In this document: in pieces, positions 14,973-21,777 of the stretch
Position numbering within the stretch: position 1 is the stretch's first letter
Layout of the letters: each line of letters begins with the position of its first letter
IMG/VR virus record: IMGVR_UViG_3300037419_000317
Source: a virus
Direction: 5' to 3' (one strand)
Length of the DNA: 64,000 bases
Translations under genes and position numbers: made by a program
The notes under the pieces: generated by a model
Seen by the model: only the letters and a program-made list of their open reading frames with translations
Databases searched by the model: none
Told to the model about the DNA's origin: nothing

Positions 14973-15164
14973 AGTAGAATATTTATTGGTTGCTACCTTA
15001 TTCGTGCTGTTCACACGAATGCTCTCGCGGTAGGGGATAGTAGATGTATTGTTGTTTGGATGCAACAGAATAAGAAAGTTTAAGAATTTTGTGTGCGATG
15101 CTTGACAGAGGGTTTTGAGTGTGCAACCATGAGGCATCTTAACAGCATTTCTACAGGGCCAGCC

Positions 15165-15482
15165 ATGAACAAACTTTCTGCAATGCAGGCTGTACACAAA
15201 GGCTTGAAAGCCGGTTTTCCTGCTGTGAATGGTTGGATGATTGACACCAAAACGATTAAGCTAGAAGATAGCAGCATCAATGCAGTGGCCTACAAAGAGT
15301 TTAACACCAATGGTCGCAATTTCATTGTGTCTGTTGGGGGCGAGCTTGTAGGCACCGTCTACTATCGCACAGGAAGTCAGTTTGTTGCGTTCGACCTCAA
15401 AAAGAACGAAATTAGTACGTATACCGGTGATGGTGCAGAGTTTAAATGCTTTGTTGATCTTGTGTTGAGTGCAAGGGGATGA
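15165..15482 (+). CDS. hypothetical protein (105 aa; start uncertain)
   Basis: Track ORF 15093-15482. ATG 15165 lies downstream of the TTGACA at 15102. ATG 15129 is the alternative start. Confidence 0.5.
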   Translation: MNKLSAMQAVHKGLKAGFPAVNGWMIDTKTIKLEDSSINAVAYKEFNTNGRNFIVSVGGELVGTVYYRTGSQFVAFDLKKNEISTYTGDGAEFKCFVDLVLSARG

Positions 15483-15485
15483 GCC

Positions 15486-15749
15486 ATGAAGCAAACTATC
15501 AGCATCCGTTCCAACGCCTACGCTGAGAATGTAGGTTTCATCGGAACGAAGCGCACAGACAATTTCCCTACTGATTGGATGGCTAAACAATGGCTGTCTG
15601 ATATGCTTGCTACAGGGAACTACAAGCTGAGCAAAAGCAGCCGCTACAACCTAGAAGATGTGAAAGCACATGAAGAAGCAATTAACAATGTGCAAGTGGG
15701 GAATGGTGCTGTACAGCATAAGCCTAAGTTTCGGATTATTGAGGAATGA
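15486..15749 (+). CDS. hypothetical protein (87 aa)
   Basis: AAGGGGA SD. ORF track. Confidence 0.6.
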   Translation: MKQTISIRSNAYAENVGFIGTKRTDNFPTDWMAKQWLSDMLATGNYKLSKSSRYNLEDVKAHEEAINNVQVGNGAVQHKPKFRIIEE

Positions 15750-16027
15750 ATATGAAGAAAGTGACAATTCTTCAAAATGCTGTGAAGTGTTTAGCTAATT
15801 CTGGAATAGAAATCTTTTCCACAATAGGAAGGGAAGACCTTTTAATGCGTTGTGGAGAGACGCCAGATGCGCATATCTATATGGACATCACAGAAATAGA
15901 TTCCCACAAAACAGAGATGCACAAAGCGAGACGAAACAGGCTTATTTCTTTGTTGCTGAAAAATGGTATTATCAGACGAAGTGAACGAGAGCCGGTGAAG
16001 TTTCGAGTGTTAAAGCTTGTTTTATGA
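15746..16027 (+). CDS. hypothetical protein (93 aa)
   Basis: ATGA overlap with the upstream gene. Confidence 0.6.
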   Translation: MNMKKVTILQNAVKCLANSGIEIFSTIGREDLLMRCGETPDAHIYMDITEIDSHKTEMHKARRNRLISLLLKNGIIRRSEREPVKFRVLKLVL

Positions 16028-16047
16028 AAGTAAGTGAGGAATAAGCC

Positions 16048-16290
16048 ATGAAACGCAAAAACTACGTCATCACTTCCGATACAGGCCACAAGGTTGTAAA
16101 GCACGCTTGGAACGCCTCTATTCGTGAGATTGAACGGTTTGTGAGGGAGTTTGCAAGGGCCGAGAACATGCCCTACAGTTTGACAGGGACGAATAGTGTT
16201 AAAGAGGGCTTTGACTACGTTTCTGGTTACAGAGAATGGACTAGGGCCGATGGGAAGGCCATCATGTTTGATATTGAGATGGAGCGTTGA
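16048..16290 (+). CDS. hypothetical protein (80 aa)
   Basis: GAGGA SD. ORF track. Confidence 0.6.
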   Translation: MKRKNYVITSDTGHKVVKHAWNASIREIERFVREFARAENMPYSLTGTNSVKEGFDYVSGYREWTRADGKAIMFDIEMER

Positions 16291-16291
16291 A

Positions 16292-16501
16292 ATGAGCCGC
16301 AACGAACAACAAGGGAAGTACGCCGGAAAGCTGAACGGTAAGCACTATCGTACTAGGGGTGTGAATAACATTGTTAGCACGTTTGATTGCAATATGGAAA
16401 TGATGTGGAGACAGAGTAAGCTAAACAGGCGTTGTTTAGAGGTAGTCTTACCGGAGCTTAACAGGGCGTTCGGTGTTGATTTAGGAATGTTTTTCATTTG
16501 A
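16292..16501 (+). CDS. hypothetical protein (69 aa)
   Basis: ATG 1 nt after the upstream stop. Internal ATG of track ORF 16196-16501. Confidence 0.5.
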   Translation: MSRNEQQGKYAGKLNGKHYRTRGVNNIVSTFDCNMEMMWRQSKLNRRCLEVVLPELNRAFGVDLGMFFI

Positions 16502-16511
16502 GGAACGTAAC

Positions 16512-16781
16512 ATGGCAGAGCATATGAACCTAGAGAAGCCGGGAAAGCTTTCTCCATTCAATAACATGGGAAAGCCCTTAAGTAGTAAAGCCCGACAGAA
16601 AGCCTATGATGACTGCAAGAGGATGCGCCTTGATTCTGCTGATGCGTGGGCTTGTGTGGGCGCTGTAGCAGAGCAACTAGAGCGGGACAGGCCATATGCG
16701 GCTCAAGGGGCAGCAATGCGCTATCTCGACCTTACAGGGGCTTACAGGCTTATGGCTGTGCTGCTGACTAGTGGGGAATAA
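16512..16781 (+). CDS. hypothetical protein (89 aa)
   Basis: GAGGAA SD. ORF track. Confidence 0.6.
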   Translation: MAEHMNLEKPGKLSPFNNMGKPLSSKARQKAYDDCKRMRLDSADAWACVGAVAEQLERDRPYAAQGAAMRYLDLTGAYRLMAVLLTSGE

Positions 16782-16797
16782 GCAACATCAAATAATG

Positions 16798-16825
16798 CTT
16801 GCAATCTCTGTTGAGGGCGCTATAC
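16798..16825 (+). promoter_or_regulatory. sigma70-like promoter
   Basis: TTGCAA-N16-TATACT. Confidence 0.5.
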
Positions 16826-16858
16826 TAGAGCCATGTTCAATGTTCTAGTGAGGCTGAA

Positions 16859-17197
16859 ATGTCCGGAACCATCGTTAAGAAAGCCTGCAAGTGCTACAAG
16901 TGTAAGGCAGAATTAAAGGTTGGTGACGCTGCAATCTGGCATAAGAAAGTAATCGGAAGCAACACCACTTTTGCGAACTCCAGCCGTTTTGTTCGTTGGG
17001 AGATGCAATGCGCTGACGAGAAAGCATGTGGGATGCGCGCAGGGAATGCTTACTTGGCAAAGGTTGCCGCAGAAGATCAAAAGAAAGCTCAAGAAATTGT
17101 TGATATAATGCGTAGTGGCGCCATTGGTGTGATTCCGCAGAGCGCAATCGAACAAGTGATTGCTAAGTATGCAAGCGAAGGAATTGTTGTAGAATAG
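16859..17197 (+). CDS. hypothetical protein with N-terminal CxCxxC (112 aa)
   Basis: GAGG SD. KKACKCYKCKAELKVGD at the N-terminus. Last gene of the rightward arm. Confidence 0.6.
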   Translation: MSGTIVKKACKCYKCKAELKVGDAAIWHKKVIGSNTTFANSSRFVRWEMQCADEKACGMRAGNAYLAKVAAEDQKKAQEIVDIMRSGAIGVIPQSAIEQVIAKYASEGIVVE

Positions 17198-17218
17198 GCA
17201 GCACAGATTCACATTACA

Positions 17219-17246
17219 GGCCCGCCTTAGCGGGCTTTGTCGTTTC
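17219..17246 (+). terminator. rho-independent terminator
   Basis: GCCCGC-CTTA-GCGGGC followed by TTTGTCGTTTC. Confidence 0.75.
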
Positions 17247-17551
17247 TGGACAGGACATTGTGTTGTAGAAGATGACTGTACAACTTTTTGTGTAGAAACC
17301 TGTTGACTTCTGTTTAGGTGTGCAGATTTGCGCCAGCAGCTACAACAAGGGCACCAGCAATCAGTCGATTTGTCACTTTTCGGAGATGATTCCGCGTAGC
17401 GCCTTCGAAGCTATGACCGCTAATCTCAACCTCAAGCACTCGCACGATGTCAATATGAGCATGGCTGAGGCGATGTCTCAGAAGTAACGACAGAGAGCTT
17501 TACAGCACCATTAGAGAGCGCCTTTCGGGGCGACTAATTAGCAAGCTAATT

Positions 17552-17577
17552 CCCGGCCTAGAGCCGGGTTTTTCTTT
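17552..17577 (+). terminator. rho-independent terminator
   Basis: CCCGGC-CTAGA-GCCGGG followed by TTTTTCTTT. Ends a short unit that begins near the TTGACT at 17303. Confidence 0.75.
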
Positions 17578-18315
17578 ACCTGTAGGGCTCTTATAAGCAT
17601 CTTTACAGGGTTGACAGGCTGACAAACAATTGTTTAGGAGTGCTAACAAATGTCTATGTGGGATATTGGATAGTGTTTTCGGTCTAACCAAATTGGTTTG
17701 TGTTCGGTAATCGCACAACCCCTGTCATCAACGAAGGGTGTTTCTTTAAGGCAATCATCGGTGTAACTGATAGGTTACATTGACAGAAGCCCGGCAGGGT
17801 AGGCGCGAGGAGTGCTAATTAGATAACCATCGAAATAAGCTAGAACAGCGAACAGGCGCTTTCCAGCAGCAGGACGGCAGCTAGAGAGGGACTAGGCCAA
17901 TGGGACGGCAAGGGATGGCAGCAGAGGGCTTAGAACACGCCAGCTAGGGCGCTGAGAGGGCGTTACAGGGGCTTTTGAGGGGCGCTGGTGGGGATTGGAC
18001 AGGGGAAGTGCTGGCAGGCGTGCGCAGAGAGTGGGCGCGGGAGGGTACGATGTCGGGCCGTTTTCAAGGATGGCTAACGAACGTTTGGCCTTTGGAGTAG
18101 ATATTTTGCCAGTCTGGAGGGGGCTTTTCGGGCGGCTGGGCGGCCCATTAAGCAACGAAACCGCCTCACGGAAGAACGAGGAACCTCCTCAGTAACAATC
18201 TCCCAAATAACCTGCCAAAAATTTAAACAGAACCCCTTGATATATTTTCAACAAATATTTCTATGATACAAGAAAACATTGACAGATAAATTTTAAAATT
18301 TTCTCGAAATTTCAC

Positions 18316-18344
18316 TTGTCAAAGCTTGCTCCAAAGGCTATACT
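18316..18344 (+). promoter_or_regulatory. sigma70-like promoter of the recombinase gene
   Basis: TTGTCA-N17-TATACT. Confidence 0.55.
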
Positions 18345-18381
18345 CCTGCTCATCTGTTCAATATTCAAGCAGGAGGAAGAC

Positions 18382-19059
18382 ATGAAGAAAACCCTAGTAG
18401 GATACTGCCGAGTGTCTACTGAACGACAACAGTCGGCTCGGAACGGTTTGGAAGCGCAGCGTGCAGAAATCGAGGCATTCGCCAAAACAAATGGATATGA
18501 GATTGTGGAAATTGTCGAAGAGGCTGTGAGCGGTAAGTGCGATCTGGACTATCGCCCTGTGCTCAAAAGCTGCATTCAGAAATGCTTGAAGATGAAGGCA
18601 ACTTTGGTTGTTTCTAAGCTAGACCGCCTATCGAGGCGTGCTTCGTTCATTATGAACTTGATGGAAACGAAGCTAAAGTTTGTTGTGGCAGAGCTTGGGG
18701 AAGATGTGTCGCCTCTTATGCTGCACATTCATTGCGTTATTGGTGAACATGAGAGGAAGGCTATTGGCTCTCGTACAAAGGCGGCGCTCCAAGCAAAAAA
18801 GCGCCGTGAACCTGAGTGGCAACCGGGTAATCCTACTAACCTACCGGACGCGGGTAAAAAGGGGGCACTAGCAACAGCTAAGATGGCAGATATGTTTGCA
18901 GAGCGTATGCGCCCTAGTGTGACACGTATGATTAAAGCGGGGATGACATTCTACTCTATTGCAAAAGAACTTAATGAACAAGAGACCCGGACGCCTCGGG
19001 GTGGGAAGTGGACTGTTCAATCGGTGTCGAACCTGACTCGTCGTTTTGCAGCTTCTTGA
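18382..19059 (+). CDS. small serine recombinase (resolvase/invertase type, 225 aa)
   Basis: AGGAGG SD. GYCRVSTERQ catalytic-Ser motif, VVSKLDRLSRR, and a C-terminal HTH-like IAKELNEQETRTPRGGKW. Confidence 0.85.
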   Translation: MKKTLVGYCRVSTERQQSARNGLEAQRAEIEAFAKTNGYEIVEIVEEAVSGKCDLDYRPVLKSCIQKCLKMKATLVVSKLDRLSRRASFIMNLMETKLKFVVAELGEDVSPLMLHIHCVIGEHERKAIGSRTKAALQAKKRREPEWQPGNPTNLPDAGKKGALATAKMADMFAERMRPSVTRMIKAGMTFYSIAKELNEQETRTPRGGKWTVQSVSNLTRRFAAS

Positions 19060-19486
19060 CCCTCTTAAATATGTGGCAAACTGTACTTGTGTACCATCTA
19101 CCTCCCCGTTGTGTTTTTACACCTGTGGTATTTAGATAATCCGCAATGGCTTGCAAACCCATTCCAGACTCTTTAAGTGGTGAGACTATTTCATATATTT
19201 GTATGGCGAAATTGTCGGCAGTTTCAATAATAGCCTGCCTACTTAAAGCTTGGGCCTCTGAGAGATTTGTTCGATTTCCTAGAGCTACACCACGCTCTCT
19301 AGCACGCTGAATCCCTGCCTTGGTAAGCTCTATGTGGTCGTCTCTTCGTTTATTGTACCCGCCATGAACTAATGCATGGCAGCCGCCGCACAACGGAACA
19401 GTCTTTGTCCCACCTAAACTCTCCGGTATTACATGATGTTCCTCCGTTGCAGGTTTACCACACTCAAAGCATTCTTTATTCTTCAT
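18971..19486 (-). CDS. HNH nuclease fused to a serine-recombinase-like C-terminal (E-helix/DNA-binding) module (171 aa)
   Basis: N-terminal CFECGKPATEEHHVIPESLGGTKTVPLCGGCHALVH. The rest aligns by eye with residues ~135-220 of the neighbouring recombinase. ATG 19486 follows AGGAAAAT. 89-nt 3' overlap with 18382-19059. Confidence 0.65.
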   Translation of the reverse strand: MKNKECFECGKPATEEHHVIPESLGGTKTVPLCGGCHALVHGGYNKRRDDHIELTKAGIQRARERGVALGNRTNLSEAQALSRQAIIETADNFAIQIYEIVSPLKESGMGLQAIADYLNTTGVKTQRGGRWYTSTVCHIFKRVKKLQNDESGSTPIEQSTSHPEASGSLVH

Positions 19487-19499
19487 ATTTTCCTGTCTA

Positions 19500-19527
19500 C
19501 ACAAAACAAAAGGCCGCTTGCGCGGCC
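19500..19527 (-). terminator. rho-independent terminator (minus strand)
   Basis: On the minus strand: GGCCGC-GCAA-GCGGCC followed by TTTTGTTTTGT. Confidence 0.7.
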
Positions 19528-19556
19528 CTCCAACCAACCAAAATTTTCAGCTACCT

Positions 19557-19793
19557 TTACAGCGCCCTCACCTTAGCTAGAGCATCCTCTAGAATAGCAA
19601 CAGCCTGTACCTTAGTCTCCTGCTTTACCTCCGCAGCAACCCCATCTCCAGCATTGCCACGCGCTACACCTTTAAGCTCCTTAGCGCACCACGCATAGCT
19701 ACAACCAAGCGTAGTGGCAATCTCAGCATAGCCCATGCCCCCTTGACGGAGGCTTACTGCCAGTTCTTTATCAATCTTACGAATATTTGCCAT
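19557..19793 (-). CDS. stand-alone HTH protein (78 aa)
   Basis: AAAGGAAAT SD. RQGGMGYAEIATTLGCSYAWCAKEL resembles a resolvase/Hin-type HTH. Has its own promoter and terminator. Confidence 0.6.
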   Translation of the reverse strand: MANIRKIDKELAVSLRQGGMGYAEIATTLGCSYAWCAKELKGVARGNAGDGVAAEVKQETKVQAVAILEDALAKVRAL

Positions 19794-19821
19794 ATTTCCT
19801 TTCTATAGCTCTAACAGTGCT

Positions 19822-19850
19822 ATTGTATCATATGGACTGTTATTTGTCAA
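19822..19850 (-). promoter_or_regulatory. sigma70-like promoter (minus)
   Basis: Minus strand reads TTGACA-N17-TACAAT. Confidence 0.7.
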
Positions 19851-19875
19851 GTTTGTTTCAACCTAAACCCGCCAC

Positions 19876-20070
19876 TCACAGCTTCCACACTCCAGTGATG
19901 CGGACATTCCTAGTTTCACAGTAGCAGGAATCAGCTACAGAACTAATCACATCCTCAATGAAGCTCTTTGCATCATGAGTATCCTCTACATAAGTAAATG
20001 CCTGAGTGCCCCACCTAGCACGGTGTCCATCAACACAAACTTCCCAACCAATAATGTATTCATGTTTCAT
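19876..20070 (-). CDS. hypothetical protein (64 aa)
   Basis: GAGGAG SD. ORF track. Confidence 0.6.
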   Translation of the reverse strand: MKHEYIIGWEVCVDGHRARWGTQAFTYVEDTHDAKSFIEDVISSVADSCYCETRNVRITGVWKL

Positions 20071-20122
20071 TTTTATTCTCCTCTTAATTTAAAGTAATAA
20101 TAATAAAGTTACCACAACACTC

Positions 20123-20329
20123 TTAATGCACCATAAAATCTGCAATACGCTCACCTAGAACATCACTGTAATCTTCCATATGGCAATATTGCTGGCAAAG
20201 AAGCTTCTGCTGTTTCTCAGCCATCTCTACAAACACTGGAGATTCGTTGATAAAGCTCTTAAGCTTTGCAATCTTGTTATCCAGTTCTTCCTTTTCTTCA
20301 ATTACACGTTTTTGACATTCTTCCATCAT
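20123..20329 (-). CDS. hypothetical helical protein (68 aa)
   Basis: GAGGA SD. Coiled-coil-like EEKEELDNKIAKLKSFI. Confidence 0.6.
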   Translation of the reverse strand: MMEECQKRVIEEKEELDNKIAKLKSFINESPVFVEMAEKQQKLLCQQYCHMEDYSDVLGERIADFMVH

Positions 20330-20390
20330 TCCTCATCAATCTCTTCATAGTAAGTTTCAAACCAGTTTGAGAAATTAACACTATGTTTAC

Positions 20391-20912
20391 TCATTTAGTA
20401 AGTTCTTCAAAGCGTCTCAAGAAATTCAAATAACAAGTTCTACTATCCCAAGCAATGATATGTGTAGGAAGAGGCTCGATCCCTGCATATCTCTCATTAA
20501 GGGGAACTCCCGGTTGCATATCCCTACGTTCTGTAACGAAAGCAATGTTGTCAGCTTCCTTTACACACGGATGCAAAGGGAACTTAATGCCAAACCTTTT
20601 GCACAAGTCGGCCTCTGCTCGCTTCTCCAGTAAGACATAATCAGGAAGAAGATTCTTGAGCGGCTTCGGAACATCGCAAAGGAAGGCTTCTGTGCCATCA
20701 TGGAATAAGCCTGCTAGGGCGTGTTCGGGAGGGACAATCTTGCTCACCAATACGCTGTGTTGTGCCACATAATATGGCCTGTCAGTTTGCCCTGAGAAGC
20801 GTGCTGTATGGGACAGGCTAAGGGCAATGTCCTTTACATCGTACACGCTAGATTCAGGGATGGCGTAGTCGAAGTGGCCTCCGCTTATGAGGTTGATGGA
20901 TGTGCTATTCAC
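20391..20912 (-). CDS. HD-domain phosphohydrolase (YfbR-like 5'-nucleotidase type)
   Basis: LAGLFHDGTEAFLCDVPKP HD motif. GTG 20912 (GGGAG SD) overlaps the upstream stop as GTGAATAG. Track ORF extends to 21008. Confidence 0.65.
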   Translation of the reverse strand: MNSTSINLISGGHFDYAIPESSVYDVKDIALSLSHTARFSGQTDRPYYVAQHSVLVSKIVPPEHALAGLFHDGTEAFLCDVPKPLKNLLPDYVLLEKRAEADLCKRFGIKFPLHPCVKEADNIAFVTERRDMQPGVPLNERYAGIEPLPTHIIAWDSRTCYLNFLRRFEELTK

Positions 20913-21111
20913 TGACAGGCTCCCAATAAATACCAATAACTCCACATGCTCCGTTGCCCCTTTCGTTCCGAGCGAACACACTACGATTAAGTCCTGTGAC
21001 AATATCAATTCCGAGATGTGGGCTCTTGCAGAAAATATATCCTAATGTTCCATCGTAACAATGTTTACAAGTAACACAAATTTTTGGTTTATTATCTACC
21101 ATTGTATTCAT
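20905..21111 (-). CDS. hypothetical Cys-rich protein (68 aa)
   Basis: ICVTCKHCYDG...CKSP... Cys pairs. ATGA overlap with the upstream ORF. Confidence 0.55.
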   Translation of the reverse strand: MNTMVDNKPKICVTCKHCYDGTLGYIFCKSPHLGIDIVTGLNRSVFARNERGNGACGVIGIYWEPVSE

Positions 21112-21257
21112 AGCAGCCCTAACGAAACGCACATACCAATAATGCTAAAAATCATAACAGATGCTGAGAACACTTTCTCTCGGGCGTGCTCACAGTAGGG
21201 TGCCATAATCATACCAAGGAACCACATGCAGAAGGAAAATACGAAGAATTTATTCAT
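21108..21257 (-). CDS. small membrane protein (49 aa)
   Basis: Hand-translated as MNKFFVFSFCMWFLGMIMAP...VMIFSIIGMCVSLGLL. ATGA overlaps at both ends. Confidence 0.5.
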   Translation of the reverse strand: MNKFFVFSFCMWFLGMIMAPYCEHAREKVFSASVMIFSIIGMCVSLGLL

Positions 21258-21415
21258 TTCTTACTCCGCTTCGTAACACGCTTTACAGGCGCAGCTACCC
21301 ACTTCTCGCCAAGGTACTCTACAGCTTTCAACCAAGCTTCAACATTGTGTTGTACAGTGGATTCATCTGCCAAGTCGTTCTTGAACAGCGATTTTGCTCG
21401 TTCTTGCAGGGTCAT
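21254..21415 (-). CDS. hypothetical protein (53 aa)
   Basis: Hand-translated as MTLQERAKSLFKNDLADEST... ATGA overlaps at both ends. Confidence 0.5.
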   Translation of the reverse strand: MTLQERAKSLFKNDLADESTVQHNVEAWLKAVEYLGEKWVAAPVKRVTKRSKK

Positions 21416-21657
21416 TGTTGTTCTCCTTGTTGGTCTACGATAATGCTAACTTTCGCAAAGCGGTAGCGATCTGGTTCTCCGGTATCACCTTTCCATACCT
21501 CACACTCGTGAGCGGCATCCTGTTCATGGAAAAACACACAAGCAACCTTGTTGCTCCCCTGCCCTTCTAGACCAACATAATCAAGAAGAATAGTTTGGCA
21601 AACAACCCAATTACCATCATCATTAAGGTACTGCACTGCCCACAAGCCTTCGTTCAT
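21412..21657 (-). CDS. hypothetical protein (81 aa)
   Basis: AAGGAGAAA SD. Internal ATG of track ORF 21412-21699. Confidence 0.6.
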   Translation of the reverse strand: MNEGLWAVQYLNDDGNWVVCQTILLDYVGLEGQGSNKVACVFFHEQDAAHECEVWKGDTGEPDRYRFAKVSIIVDQQGEQQ

Positions 21658-21750
21658 TTGTTTCTCCTTAAAATTGTTCCAACACAGCCATAATAACAAC
21701 CTTCCCCTACAATAGCAAGTATTATTTTTGTTGTGCTTCTACAACTGACG

Positions 21751-21773
21751 TAAAAAAGCCGCCCGAAGGCGGC
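21751..21773 (-). terminator. rho-independent terminator (minus)
   Basis: Minus strand reads GCCGCC-TTCG-GGCGGC followed by TTTTTT. Confidence 0.8.
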
Positions 21774-21777
21774 AACA

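Noticed and set aside
14632-15197. Minus-strand track ORFs 14632-14850 (72 aa, with IGDLYE repeated three times) and 14847-15197 (116 aa).
   Set aside because: Their peptide repeats are simply the translation of the DNA direct repeats. They have no SD and low-complexity composition. The region is better explained as non-coding repeat DNA.
17892-18195. Track ORFs 17892-18155 (-) and 17995-18195 (+) in the G-rich island.
   Set aside because: They are Pro-rich and Gly/Arg-rich products typical of translating skewed GC-rich DNA. Neither has an SD or a coupled neighbour.
17600-19100. A Gin/Hin-like invertible DNA switch controlled by the serine recombinase.
   Set aside because: I could not find a pair of inverted crossover sites flanking any segment. 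The TTGACAG...AGGAGTGCTAA modules are direct, not inverted, repeats. The fibre genes are 26 kb away. A full-genome repeat search is still worth running.
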